Shown here piece by piece: positions 51,856 through 63,351 of a DNA stretch of 64,000 nt. Within the stretch, counting starts at the first letter, position 1. Each line of letters opens with the position of its first letter. A program made the position numbers and the translations under genes. A model generated the notes under the pieces. The model was not told the origin of the DNA, ran no database searches, and saw only the letters and a program-made list of their open reading frames with translations. The stretch comes from Chiloscyllium plagiosum (Eukaryota): the NCBI RefSeq assembly GCF_004010195.1, contig NC_057750.1, positions 4,944,352 to 5,008,351 on the forward strand, read 5' to 3'.

Positions 51856-53281
51856 CTTCCAATTAAACCTGGCGTTATGTGATTTTTAACTTTGTCCACC
51901 CCAGTCCAACACCAGCTCTTCCAAATCACAACTGAAGAGTCATAGAGTCACAGTTATGTACAGCACGGAAACAGACCCTTCGGTCCAACCCGTCCATGCC
52001 GACCAGATATCCCAACCCAATCTAGTCCCACCTGCCAGCACCCGGCCCATAGCCCTCCAAACCCTTCCTATTCATATACCCATCCAAATGCCTCTTAAAT
52101 GCTGCAATTGTACCAGCCTCCACCACTTCCTCTGGCAGTTCATTCCATACACGTACCACCCTCTGCGTGAAAACGTTGCCCCTTAGGTCTCTTTTATATC
52201 TTTCCCCTCTCACCCTCCTGTACAGCCGCAACATGACCTCCCAACTCCTGTACTCAATACTCTGACCAATAAAGGAAAGAGCTGCCCTTTATGAGTTGCC
52301 TGTGCATTCCTAGGCCATTTCTTTGGGTAGTGGAGAATCCACCCCATTACTAGGCACCTGGAGTCACACATGGACCATGGATAAGGGAGGCAAACCCTCG
52401 AAACAGCATCAGTGAGAGCTGTTATGGGTGACCATTAATGAGAATATCCCTTAATTTGAACATAAACCCCACATGTGCCCACAAAGGGATTTGAACCAAT
52501 GATCCCAAAGTGTGATCCTTGACCCTCACCCCAAGTGGCTAGTCCAGTTCCATTTCCACAATGCTCCTTTACAATAAATGCTGTAAAGTGTGTGGGGCGT
52601 CACAAAAAGCACTATAGAAATTCAAAGCTTTTGTTTGCGTTAACAACATTTGGTCAACGAGGCACATCGAAGGAATCTCTTTGAGGAGAAAAGGGAAGTC
52701 GCGAGGGAGGAAAGGTTTTGGAAGGGATTTCCGGAGCTAGTGGCTCAGGAAGCAGACGACACGATGGAGCGATTAAAACCGGGAACGCTCAAGTGACCGG
52801 AACTTGAGAATACAGAGATCCTGGAATGTTGTGGAGCTGGAAGAGATTACAGAGATCGGGAAGGGTATGTAGGGATTTGAAAACGAGGGTGAGAGTTTTG
52901 AAATCAGGACCTTACATGAATGGGAACCAGTATTGGTCAGTGAGCTCCAGGGGCGATAAGGGAATGGAACTTGGTACATGTTAAGAAATGGGCAACAGAA
53001 TTTGCTTGGGTCCCAATGTTTACAGATGGTAGAAGGTGTTGGATCAGCCAGGAGTTCACGGGAATAGTTGAGTGTTGAGGTAACGAGGGAAATACTGAGG
53101 GTTTTAGCAGCAGATGAGCTGAGGCAGGGGTGAAGTGTTGGTGGTGGTGGGTAATGGCCTATTGCAGCTGTGGTTCAAATGTGTGTTTAGAAGCCCAACA
53201 AATGTGATACTAACATTGTGAACAGACTGGCTTAATCTCATTGCTGGAGAGGGAGATGTGATAACCAGGTTTATTTGGAAG

Positions 53282-53316
53282 CACTAGCTTTCGGAGCACT
53301 GCTCCTTCATCAGGTG
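53282..53316 (-). ncRNA. Minimal hammerhead ribozyme motif (family B)
   Basis: Minus strand cacCTGATGAAGGAGCAGTGCTCCGAAAGCTAgtg. Confidence 0.65.
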
Positions 53317-54649
53317 GTTGTGAAGAAGCTGCGCTCCGAAAGCTAGTGCTTCCAAATGAACCTGTTGGACTAGAACCTGGTGTCGTGTGATTTTTAACTT
53401 TGTCCACCCCTGTCTAACACCGGCTCCTCCAAATCAGGGTTATTTTGAAACTGCTGTTATCACACACCATAGCAACTGCTCAGGCACACTTCCACACTTT
53501 CCACCCCAGCCCCCACAGACAATGATGGGTCTAAAACCATGGCCCACTATTTACCCAGCAGGTCCACATTGGCATTGCTGTTAAAGTCATAGAGATGTAC
53601 AGCACGGAAACAGACCCTTCGGTCCAACCCGTCCATGCCGACCAGATATCCCAACCCAATCTAATCCCACCTGCCAGCACCCAGCCCATAGTCTTCACCA
53701 GGCCTAGCTTTACATGTTATTAGAATCACTTCCTAATTTCCTTCCCCCTCATGAACTTAGAATCGTTGTTAATTGTCTCTAGGTTGGCTGGTGAGATCGA
53801 AATGGAGCTTTTCTTTGTGTGGAGAGAGTGCACTGACTCTCATTCTACACCCAGTGTTAAAGCTGCTCTCTATTTACACAGAGTCACAGGGAAACAGACC
53901 CTTCTGTCCAACTTGTCCATGCCGACCAAGTTTCCCAAACTAAACTCAGCCCTTTTGCCTGCGTTTGGTCCATGCACCTATCCAAAATGTGCTCAGAGTC
54001 AATATCCATCATTGGCATCTTCACATGCATATTAACACACCTCAACGTTATGACTGACAAGCCATTGGCATAATCTATTTAAGACGGAGAGTGATAGGTT
54101 CTTGAGTATCAAGGGGATCAAGGGTTACGGGAGAAAGCGGGGGAATGGGGTTGAGAAACTTATCAGCCATGATTGAATGGAGGGAGACAATAAAACTGCA
54201 GATACTGGAATCCAAAGTAGACAGGCAGGAGGCTGGAAGAACACAGCAAGCCAGGCAGCATCGGGAGGTGGAGAAGTCAGCGTTTCAGGTGTAACCTTTC
54301 TTCAGGACTCTATTGAGTGGTGGAGCAGACTCGATGGGCTGAATGGCCTAATTTCTGCTCCTACGTCTTATGGTTTCCACATGGAAGGAGGCTATTCAGC
54401 CCACCCCTTTACATACTAGCCCTCTGCACGAATGACTCACTTAACAACGGTCGCCCATCTTTTCCGGGTACCCTGCAACATCCTCCTCCAGAAAATGCTT
54501 CAACTCTCTTCCAAAGGGCGTGGCTCACCCAGCCTCTACCACCATCCTAGCCACTCACTGTGGGGCTTTTCCCTGCATGTCACCCTTCATTCTTGTATTG
54601 GATCGATACCTTCTCCATCTTTATCATTTATCTTTAAGCCAATAGGGTC

Positions 54650-55435
54650 ATAGGTGTCTACAGCACGGAAACAGGCCCTTCGGCCCATCTTACCCATGCC
54701 GCCCAGTTTCCACAATTAGCCTGGTCCCATTTGCCTGCTTACGGTCCATACCTCTCCATATCTGTCTTGATGTTTCTCCAATGACAAAATTGAACTCGCT
54801 TCCCCCACTACCTCTGGTAGTCCATTCCAGACTCACCACCCTCCGTGCCCCTCTGGACCCTTTTGTACCTCTCCCCCCTCACCTTAAACCTATGCCCTCT
54901 GGTTTTAGATTTCCCTACCATGAGGAAAAGATGTTGGCTACCTATTTTATCTATGCCCCTCATGATTTAATAGACTTCTTTAAGGTCAGTCTCCTATGCT
55001 CCAGGGAAAAAAAATCCCAGCCCATCTAACCTCTCCTTATAACTTAAACCTTCCAGTCCGAGTAGCATTCTGCACTCTTTCTAGTTTAATAATATCCTTT
55101 CTACAGTAGGGTGACCAGAACTGTATGCAATATTTCAAATGTGGCCTCACCAACATCTTGTACAGCTGTAGCAAGACATCCCAATGCCTATACTCAGTGC
55201 TCTGACCTTGCAAGCTGAAAGCCTCCTTCACTGCCCTGTCTCCCTGTGACTCCGCCTCCAATGAGATATGAAGCTGTACCCCTGGATCTCTTTGTTCAAT
55301 AACACTCGCGAGGGCTCTACCATTGACTGTGTAAGTCCTGCCCTGGTTTGACCCACCAAACTGCAACACCTCGTAATAATCCAAATTAAACTCCATCTGC
55401 CATGCCTCAGCCCACTGGCCCAGCTGATCAAGATA
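54650..55435 (-). mobile_element. CR1 LINE 3' fragment
   Basis: MEFNL...LYKMLVRPHLKYCIQFWSP motifs plus tail. Confidence 0.85.
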
Positions 55436-55754
55436 TACTCTTTAGCTAGAGCTCTCAAGGTTAGGGGTGGCATATGTAGAAGGTGGTCCCAGGGCAGATT
55501 ATACTAAATGCGCAGAGTGGCCTCTCCTTTCTTGTCTGTTCCCAGAAGCAACCAAATCTTTGTTGAGAAAGAACATTGGAATCTCTCTCCCTCAGTCTTC
55601 ACGCACACACATAAATGATGTCAAGCTTTATGACATTGGTCTGAACAAAGCGTTCTTATCTGTATGGGATCAGAGAAGCTGGACAGCAGTGAGGGTGGCA
55701 ACGTGACAATGACAAAGCCAAACCTCCACTCCAAAGAGGATGGGATGCTACCAC

Positions 55755-55875
55755 CTGGGGCTGATGTCATATCCTGGGTTCTATCACCCAGGTTGATGTC
55801 ATATCCTGGTTTCTATCCCCCAGGGCTGATGTCATATCCTGGGTTTTGTCACCCTGGGCTGATGTCACTTCCTGT
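55755..55875. repeat. 32-33-bp tandem repeat with TGATGTCA core, 4 cores
   Basis: TGATGTCA at 55762, 55794, 55827 and 55860. Confidence 0.85.
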
Positions 55876-56203
55876 CCATGAATATTTTTACTTCCATCAC
55901 CAATGATGAGACACAACCAGGGGAACAGAAAAGAAAAATTTGCTCTTTCCGCAAACTCATTCCCAAAGCAATTAAAGTGCATTTTGTCACCCCTGCACTT
56001 GTGTCACAGTGGTAGTGCCCCTACCTTTGAGCCAGGTGACCTGCTCCAGAGGATGTATTATAATTGTTTGGGTGCTTCCTTTACAGATTGGTCTATTCCT
56101 TTCCGTTATTCCATAAGGTAATGTGGCTTCCACATTCCAAACTCCCCCACACCAATGACCTCTGACCCCCTCACGAGTGAAGGGGACCTCTGCCTTAAAA
56201 AAC

Positions 56204-56253
56204 CTGCAATGACTCCGCCTGCGCCACGCTCTGAGGAAGAGAATCCTTATCAT
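56204..56253 (-). CDS. Alternative candidate first coding exon of RINL (MIRILFLRAWRRRSHC)
   Basis: ATG at 56253, weak donor CAG|gttttt in phase 2 (compatible with exon 50794), CCAAT motifs at 56322-56326 and 56370-56374. Confidence 0.2.
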
Positions 56254-56509
56254 ATTGAATCACAGAATAGACTATTCCTGCTCCAAATTTGTAGGTTCAA
56301 ACTCTCTACTGGGAACAGCAGCCAATTAGTACACAGCATCTTCCCACAGAGCAGCAATGAGATCAGCTGATTGGCTGAGGTTCAGCGGGGGTCTCTCTAT
56401 CATTGTTTACGTTGTAGTGGAACCTTTAGTAACAGCTCAGAAAGACACTGGGCTCAGCAGATTACTGTAAGGAAAGGACACTGACAGAGCAGCAATCCCT
56501 CAACAGGCT

Positions 56510-57045
56510 CACCCTCAGCATGTACTCCCTCAGTCTGTATTCCCTCAGTCTGAACTCCCTCAGTCTGTACTCCATCAGTCTGTACTCCCTCAGCCCGTAC
56601 TCCCTCAGTCTGTACTCCCTCAGTCTGTACTCCCTCAGTCTGCACTCCCTCAGTCTGCACTCCCTCAGTCTGAACTCCCTCAGTCTGAACTCCCTCAGTC
56701 TGCACTCCCTCAGTCTGCACTCCCTCAGTCTGCACTCCCTCAGCCTGTACTCCATCAGTCTGCACTCCCTCAGCACGTACTCCCTCAGTCTGTGCTCCCT
56801 CAACACGTACTCCCTCTGTCTGTACTCCCTCAGCACGTACTCCCTCAGCACGTACTCCCTCAGTCTGCATTCCCTCAGTCTGCATTCCCTCAGCCATACT
56901 TCCTCAGTCTGTACTCCCTCAGTTTGCACTCCCTCAGCCCATACTCCCTCAGTCTGTGCTCCCTCAGTCTGTACTCCCTCAGTCTGTACTCCCTCAGTCT
57001 GCACTCCCTCAGTCTGCACTCCCTCAATCTGTACTCCGTCAGTCC
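56510..57045. repeat. 15-bp minisatellite (ACTCCCTCAGTCTGY), about 35 copies
   Basis: Direct inspection; translates as a (GVQTE)n pseudo-ORF. Confidence 0.95.
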
Positions 57046-57664
57046 ATTCTCTTAAGAATTGCACAGCTGAACATTTTTTGGAAATTTGATTAAAGTCTTA
57101 CAGTTTTTACCCCCTAGGCCATCTGTCCTCTTCAATCATTTAGCCTCTATCTACCCCCACTCCATTTCCCAGCTGCCAGCCTGTAGATCAGTCTGCCCTG
57201 GCCTGATCTAAATATTCCATTGAATGTCCTCCTGTCTATCTCCCTCTCAGGAGGTGAGTTCCAGATACCTACCACCCTTAGGATCAGATTGTTTTCCCTG
57301 AAATCCCCTCTGCTCCTTACTTTAACATGTGTCGCTTAGTCATGGAGCCCTCTAACTAGGGAGAAAGATTTCTTCTTACCTACTCTGCTAATTACAACCT
57401 CAAAAACTCTCATGGATGTTTTCAGAATGATCTCCATTTTATGAATTCACGTTGACTACTTAGCACCTCCCCAGCCAATCACCTCGAGTAGTTTCACGTA
57501 TTCCTAACGTCAGTTACAATTAACATTCACCAAACTGCCCTTGCTGCTGGTGATCTAATGGATAAATCTGAAATTCCCAAAGGATTTCAAAGTGAAGATG
57601 GTGTTGGAATTGTTCATCGATCCTGGGAATCTAGAACCTGGGATCGCCGTCTCAAGGAGATTGG

Positions 57665-58164
57665 NNNNNNNNNNNNNNNNNNNNNNNNNNNNNNNNNNNN
57701 NNNNNNNNNNNNNNNNNNNNNNNNNNNNNNNNNNNNNNNNNNNNNNNNNNNNNNNNNNNNNNNNNNNNNNNNNNNNNNNNNNNNNNNNNNNNNNNNNNNN
57801 NNNNNNNNNNNNNNNNNNNNNNNNNNNNNNNNNNNNNNNNNNNNNNNNNNNNNNNNNNNNNNNNNNNNNNNNNNNNNNNNNNNNNNNNNNNNNNNNNNNN
57901 NNNNNNNNNNNNNNNNNNNNNNNNNNNNNNNNNNNNNNNNNNNNNNNNNNNNNNNNNNNNNNNNNNNNNNNNNNNNNNNNNNNNNNNNNNNNNNNNNNNN
58001 NNNNNNNNNNNNNNNNNNNNNNNNNNNNNNNNNNNNNNNNNNNNNNNNNNNNNNNNNNNNNNNNNNNNNNNNNNNNNNNNNNNNNNNNNNNNNNNNNNNN
58101 NNNNNNNNNNNNNNNNNNNNNNNNNNNNNNNNNNNNNNNNNNNNNNNNNNNNNNNNNNNNNNNN
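57665..58164. other. Assembly gap (exactly 500 N, probably a placeholder scaffolding join)
   Basis: Round length, unlike the other two gaps. Confidence 0.95.
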
Positions 58165-59116
58165 TGAACTTGGTTTTAATAAAATGTCCTGAAGATTACT
58201 TCCCTGCCTGGAAATGACTTCCTTTTGTCTCTGCAGGGATGTGGCTTATGTGGGTTCATGTGATGATGGCTGTCTTGCCCTCGCTGATCTTTTGGGTTGG
58301 AAGGTATGATAATATTTCCTTCAAGCTTCTCTCCCCTCCCTTACCTGGATCTCTGGCTACTACAAATTATGCATTAATGAGGGACGACTCGATTGCTCAG
58401 TGGTTTAGCACCGCTGCCTCGGAATCTGGTTCGATTCCAGCCTCGAGCAACCCTCTGTGTGGAGTTTACACATTCTCCCTGTGTCTGCGTGGGTTTTCTC
58501 CCACAGTCCAAAGATGTACAGGTCAGGGTGGATTGGCCAAGCGAAATTGCCCAGTGTTCCGGAGAGCTGGGTTAGCCATGGGAAATACAGGGTAGGGTAG
58601 CGGGGTCTGTCTGGTTTGGATTCTCTTTGGCGGGTCAGTGTGGACTTGATGGGCCGAATGGCCTGCTTACACACTGTAGGGATTCTATTATTAACATGAC
58701 AAGTCACTGTGAGTAAGTGGTAATGTCACTGGACTAGTAATCCCCAGGCTAACATTCTGCCTCAGCTGAACTTGAATTCACCCAATACATTTCATTAATA
58801 ACAATCTGGAGTCAATGGCCAAGTCTTTTACCATGTGACCCTATATTGTCTTCTGTGGCTCAATTTCAGTTTTTGTTCGGTAATGCTCCTGCAAAGCCCC
58901 TTGGGATGATATGTAATGGTGAGGATGCTATATAAATGCAGGTTATCATTGATGTTAGCATTGAGGGAATAATATTCAGATCCCCCTGCGAAACGTGGTG
59001 TCTGTAGTTTATCGTCGCGAATGCGGCCAGTTTTTGTTAAGGTTGGTATATTCCACTAGCGCCTCCCCATGGTAACCCTGTGTTTCTGCACACGTTCGGT
59101 CCAATCCCGCCTGCAG

Positions 59117-59284
59117 GAAGAGCTTGAAGATATTGTGAAGAAGGAACATGCTGTGATAGATGGTAAGGCTGAGGGTGCACAGGACACTGCCAAACCCCCA
59201 GCTGTGGACGTGAAGAAAGATGATCCCAAGCCAAAGGAATGCGAGCCAACAGCAGACACCAGGACAGAGAAACCGGCCGGTTAG
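59117..59284 (+). CDS. SIRT2: Terminal coding exon of NAD-dependent deacetylase sirtuin-2 (EELEDIVKKEHAVIDGK...EKPAG*)
   Basis: Acceptor cccgcctgcag|GAA, phase 0. Resembles human SIRT2 C-terminus 'KELEDLVRREHASIDAQ...REKPQ'. SIRT2 neighbours RINL in mammals. Confidence 0.82.
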   Translation, partial: EELEDIVKKEHAVIDGKAEGAQDTAKPPAVDVKKDDPKPKECEPTADTRTEKPAG

Positions 59285-59973
59285 AAAGGTGCCAGTCAGT
59301 CCGATCACCGTATAACCCAGCCAAGAGGCTGTCTGAGCAGGGGAGATAACCTGGTGCGACTCTAGTAATTTTATATTAACTGCTTTAAGAGTGACTGTAC
59401 AACATGGGACTGATTCTCCCTTCCACACCTATTACACTTTCAACCTTGTAGGTTTTCACATACATGATTCTTGTCACTGTTTGCTACCGTGCCTCTAGAT
59501 GTCACTGGTTTTCCATTTCCTTCAATTGTCAGCATCTAGAGGTGGTGGGTGGCGGATGGGGTGGGGGGTGGACCGGTTTGGCTGCAGCTCTTTCGGGCAG
59601 ACCGATCTGCAGCAATCTGAGCAGCCAGTGACTTCTGTTTCTTACGATCCTTGTGTCTCGCTCCCCTAAACCAAGCTGGGGCCGAAAACACTGCTGCCTG
59701 GGAACCAGCTCCACTCAGGACAGTTTAAAGAGAATGCTTTCTTTGTTAGCTTCATTACATAAGTCAAAAACTCTGCATGCTCGAGTCTTAGAGAGAGAAA
59801 AACACTGGCAACTCAAAGATTGGAGAATTGAACCGTGTAACTAAAGGATGAAAAATGGCTTCGAATTCCAGAGTGCTGATGTTTATATTTTAAATGCCTT
59901 AACCCTAACCCCTATGAATTCTTTCTCAATACAAAGATACAGGTAATAATTATTATTGATGTAAATATATATA

Positions 59974-59979
59974 AATAAA
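59974..59979 (+). terminator. Candidate poly(A) signal AATAAA for SIRT2
   Basis: AATAAA about 690 nt after the SIRT2 stop in AT-rich UTR-like sequence, followed by T/GT-rich tracts. Confidence 0.55.
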
Positions 59980-60981
59980 CGGGTGGCATATTTCTGATCC
60001 AACTGCAAATTAAAACTTCAAATTTGATTCACTTGTGAGTTTGTTTGATTGCTGCCAATTTTATAATCTTACAGCTTCACCTGCCCTCTGTTTAATGTGC
60101 ATAAATTTTGCAATAGGATTCATTATGAGGCATCTTGGTTCCTAAAAAATATAAGAACTGGGAGCAGGAATAGGCCATTCAACCACTCGAACCTGCTGTA
60201 CCATTTGATACAATCATGGCTGATTACATCTCGGTCTGAACTCCACTCTCCATAACCCTTTAACCTGTTTACTAATTCCAAATCTGTCTATTTCCTCCTT
60301 ACATTTATTCACTATCCCAGCATCCACCGCACTCTGGGGTAGGTAGCGAATTCCACAGGTTCACCATCCTTTGGGAGAACTAGTTTCTCCTCGTCTCTAT
60401 TTTAAATCCGATTCCCCTCATCCTAAAAACTGTGACCCGGATTTTCCCAGAGAGGAAATATCCACTCTACATCTACTTTGTCAATCTCTTTTAACATCTT
60501 ATAGATCTCAATTAGATCTCCTTTTATTCTTCTAAACCCCAGCCAGTACAGGTCAAACTCTGCCTACAGCCCCTCATTTTTTTTCTTCTCTGAATATCTT
60601 CTGAACTGCCTCCATGCAACTACATCTGTCCTCAAGTGAAGGGACCAACCTCCGTGAAATGCTCCAGGCCCGATCTCACTAATACTTTGTACAGCTGTGG
60701 CAACACTTCCCAACTTTTACACCGTCTTCCTTTAGCAATAAAGGCCAAAATGACCATCCCAAGAGGCTCTGAGGTTAATGGTCAGCCTCCTGTCCTCTGG
60801 CGGAGAACGGAGTGCGAGGTTCCATAGGCCAGTTATTCTTAAAGAGGGTTTCAGGGCTCTGCTGCTGATACACCCGTGCTACAACAGCCTCAGCTGTGTA
60901 TCTGTTCTGATAAGCTCAGGTCAGATCTCATGGGATTCAATATCACCGTTCCCACAGCGAGTCTGTTCTCCTCCCAGCAGA

Positions 60982-61221
60982 GGAGAAAGTGAGGTCTGCA
61001 GATGCTGGAGATCAGAGCTGGAAATGTGTTGCTGGAAAAGCGCAGCAGGTCAGGCAGCATCCAGGGAACAGGAGAATCGACGTTTCGGGCATAAGCCCTT
61101 CTTCAGGAATGGGGAAAGTTTCCCCATTCCTGAAGAAGGGCTTATGCCCGAAACGTCGATTCTCCTGTTCCCTGGATGCTGCCTGACCTGCTGCGCTTTT
61201 CCAGCAACACATTTCCAGCTC
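60982..61221. mobile_element. Palindromic non-autonomous Penelope-derived element with 11-bp TSD
   Basis: 103-bp perfect inverted arms (61015-61117 / 61119-61221); TSD ctcccagcaga at 60971-60981 and 61222-61232. Confidence 0.85.
61130..61160 (+). ncRNA. Minimal hammerhead ribozyme motif (family A), with mirror copy at 61076-61106 (-)
   Basis: CTGAAGA-A-GGGC-ttat-GCCC-GAAA-C-GTC-gat; GUC cleavage triplet; stem I weak. Confidence 0.55.
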
Positions 61222-62223
61222 CTCCCAGCAGAACCTCACTCATGTAATCGCTGCAAGCACAGGTACCTCACAGCATACTTCAAGAGCCTTCTCTGCACGT
61301 CCTTAAAGATTTTCTCCACCCAGGCTGTACAGTAGAGCTTTCTGGAATTATCATCCTGGAAGAGTGTCACAACATCCTGGGGTTACCATTGACCAGAGAT
61401 TCTGCAGGACTAGCCACATCAAGTGACAAGAGCAGATAAGAGGAATCCTGTGGTGACTAACTCATTTCCTGACTCCCCCAAAGCCTGTCCACCATCTGCA
61501 AGGCACAAGTCAGGAGTGCGATGGAATATTTCCCACTTGCCCTGGATGGCTGCAGCTCCAACAACACTCCAAGGAGATCGACAAGGACCAAGCAGCTTGG
61601 TTGATTGGCACCACATCCACAAAATTCACTCTCCCCATCCCTGATGCTGAGTAGCAGCAGTGTGGACCAACTACAAGATGCAATGCAGGAATCCACCAAA
61701 GATCCTCAGGCAGCATCTCCCAAACTTACGACCATCTGGAAGGACAAGGGCAGCAGATATATGGGAACACCACCCTATGCAAGTTCCCCTCCCAGCCACT
61801 CACCATCCCAACTTGGAAATATATTGCAGTCCCTTTGCTGTTACTGAATCTAAATCATGAAAGTCCATCCCTAACAGCATTGGGATTAAGCAATAGTGTT
61901 GAAGGTCAGGGATTCGAGGGAGATAGATGGAGTTGGCGAATAGATTAGCCATCTTGTAATTAAATGGTAAAATAGAGTAAGAATGAATTGACTGCAGCAG
62001 TTTACTCACTCCTCAAACACTCTGAAAGGAAGAATTTCCAACTTCAGCAAAGACCTAGTCCAATTGATTGGCTATCAAATTGTTAATGTGATTAACAGCG
62101 ACGTGATTCTGCCAAAACCAGAAAGAACTGAGAGCGAGAAAGAGAAAGACTCAACTGATTCCATTCCTGGGTTTGGGCTCTTGAACCACAGAATTTGTCA
62201 AGTTTTGGCCATGTTTTCCAGCC

Positions 62224-62274
62224 ATGATATTTCTGCAGAACTGCATCACCTGTCCTACTTATGAACGAATGGGT
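62224..62274 (+). CDS. Candidate first coding exon (MIFLQNCITCPTYERMG), possibly the RINL 5' end on a flipped contig
   Basis: gccATG context, donor GGT|gtatgc in phase 0, CCAAT/ATTGG pair at 62060-62071, non-repeat island. No homology evidence. Confidence 0.3.
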
Positions 62275-62584
62275 GTATGCTTGAGCTTAAAATAGATGTA
62301 GTTTAAGTTAGCATGGGTAATTTACAAAAAAAATCATTTGCACTTGTTAAAGTCTAATTTTGTTTATAATGAAGAAATATTGTTTTGTTTATTGACTGCC
62401 AAGACCTCAATTCAACACAATCTGCTGCAGAGCCATTAAGGAATACAAATAAAGGGGCAACGTGACCCATCTCCCCTGTGATATCTCTCCAAAAGTGCTA
62501 TCAATCCAATTAGTCCTATATTTCACTTTAATGCTACATGTTTTGTTTTAAAATTCCTTCTTCAGAAGACTTTTTATTGAGCCA

Positions 62585-63110
62585 GAGAGTCATCCAGCAC
62601 AGCAACAGACCCTTCGGCCCAACCAGTCCATGCTGACCATAATCACAAAGTAAACTAGTCCCACCTGCCTGTTCCTGGCGCATATCCCTCCAAACCTTTC
62701 CTATTTATGTACCTATCCAAATATCTTTTAAATATTGTAACTATACCCACATCCACCCCTTCATCAGGGGGTTCATTCCACACGTGAACCACCCTCTGTG
62801 GAAAACATTTGCCCCTCGTCTTTTTTAAATCTCTCTCCTCTCACCTTAAAAATGTGCACCCTAGTTTGGAATCCCCCATCCTAGAGAAAGGCAATTACTG
62901 CTAACCCCTCACTATTTTATAAACCTCTATAAGGTTGCCTCTCAACCTCCTACACTCCAAGGAAAAACATCCCAGCCCATTCAGCTTCTCCTTATAACTC
63001 AAACCTTCCAAACACAAAAGCCTCCTGGTAAATCTCTATTGAATCCTCTCCAGCTTAATAATATAATTTCTATAACTGGGTGACCAGAACTGGACACCAT
63101 ACTCCAGTAC
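62585..63110 (-). mobile_element. CR1/HER1 LINE 3' fragment
   Basis: Same 3' end as the other copies, in reverse orientation. Confidence 0.82.
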
Positions 63111-63241
63111 TCCCTGAAAGAATTGCTTAATTAGCATTTGTAAATCCCCTTTCTCTATCTCACAACATAACGTTTGATTTTGTTGTTGAAATTTTAAATG
63201 TCAACCGTTCTTTCGTGTTCTGTAATCCTTTTCCTTTCCAG

Positions 63242-63351
63242 GAGGGGAACAATTGCACACAGAAGTTGCCACACTCTCAGTTAACAAATCACCCCTACAG
63301 CCTCAGCTCCAATGACAGGGAAACAGAATATACTCAGAAGCTGGTAAACTG
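63242..63351 (+). CDS. Candidate internal exon (EGNNCTQKLPHSQLTNHPYSLSSNDRETEYTQKLVN), possibly RINL exon 2 on a flipped contig
   Basis: Strong polypyrimidine acceptor (tccttttcctttccag|G) and donor TG|gtaacg. 110 nt open frame, phases 0 to 2, matching the phase-2 start of exon 50794. Confidence 0.4.

Noticed and set aside
56087..56117. Plus-strand 31-nt microexon (ttacag|...AAG|gtaatg), possibly SIRT2
   Set aside because: No recognisable sirtuin peptide in any frame and no partner exons.
56454..57089. 147-200-aa repetitive ORFs
   Set aside because: Translations of the 15-bp minisatellite; no supporting splice context.
59899..59914. Interstitial telomeric repeat (TAACCC)2
   Set aside because: Only two units; compatible with chance.
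60778..61335. 185-aa ORF and its mirror ORFs
   Set aside because: Read-through of the palindromic Penelope-derived element.
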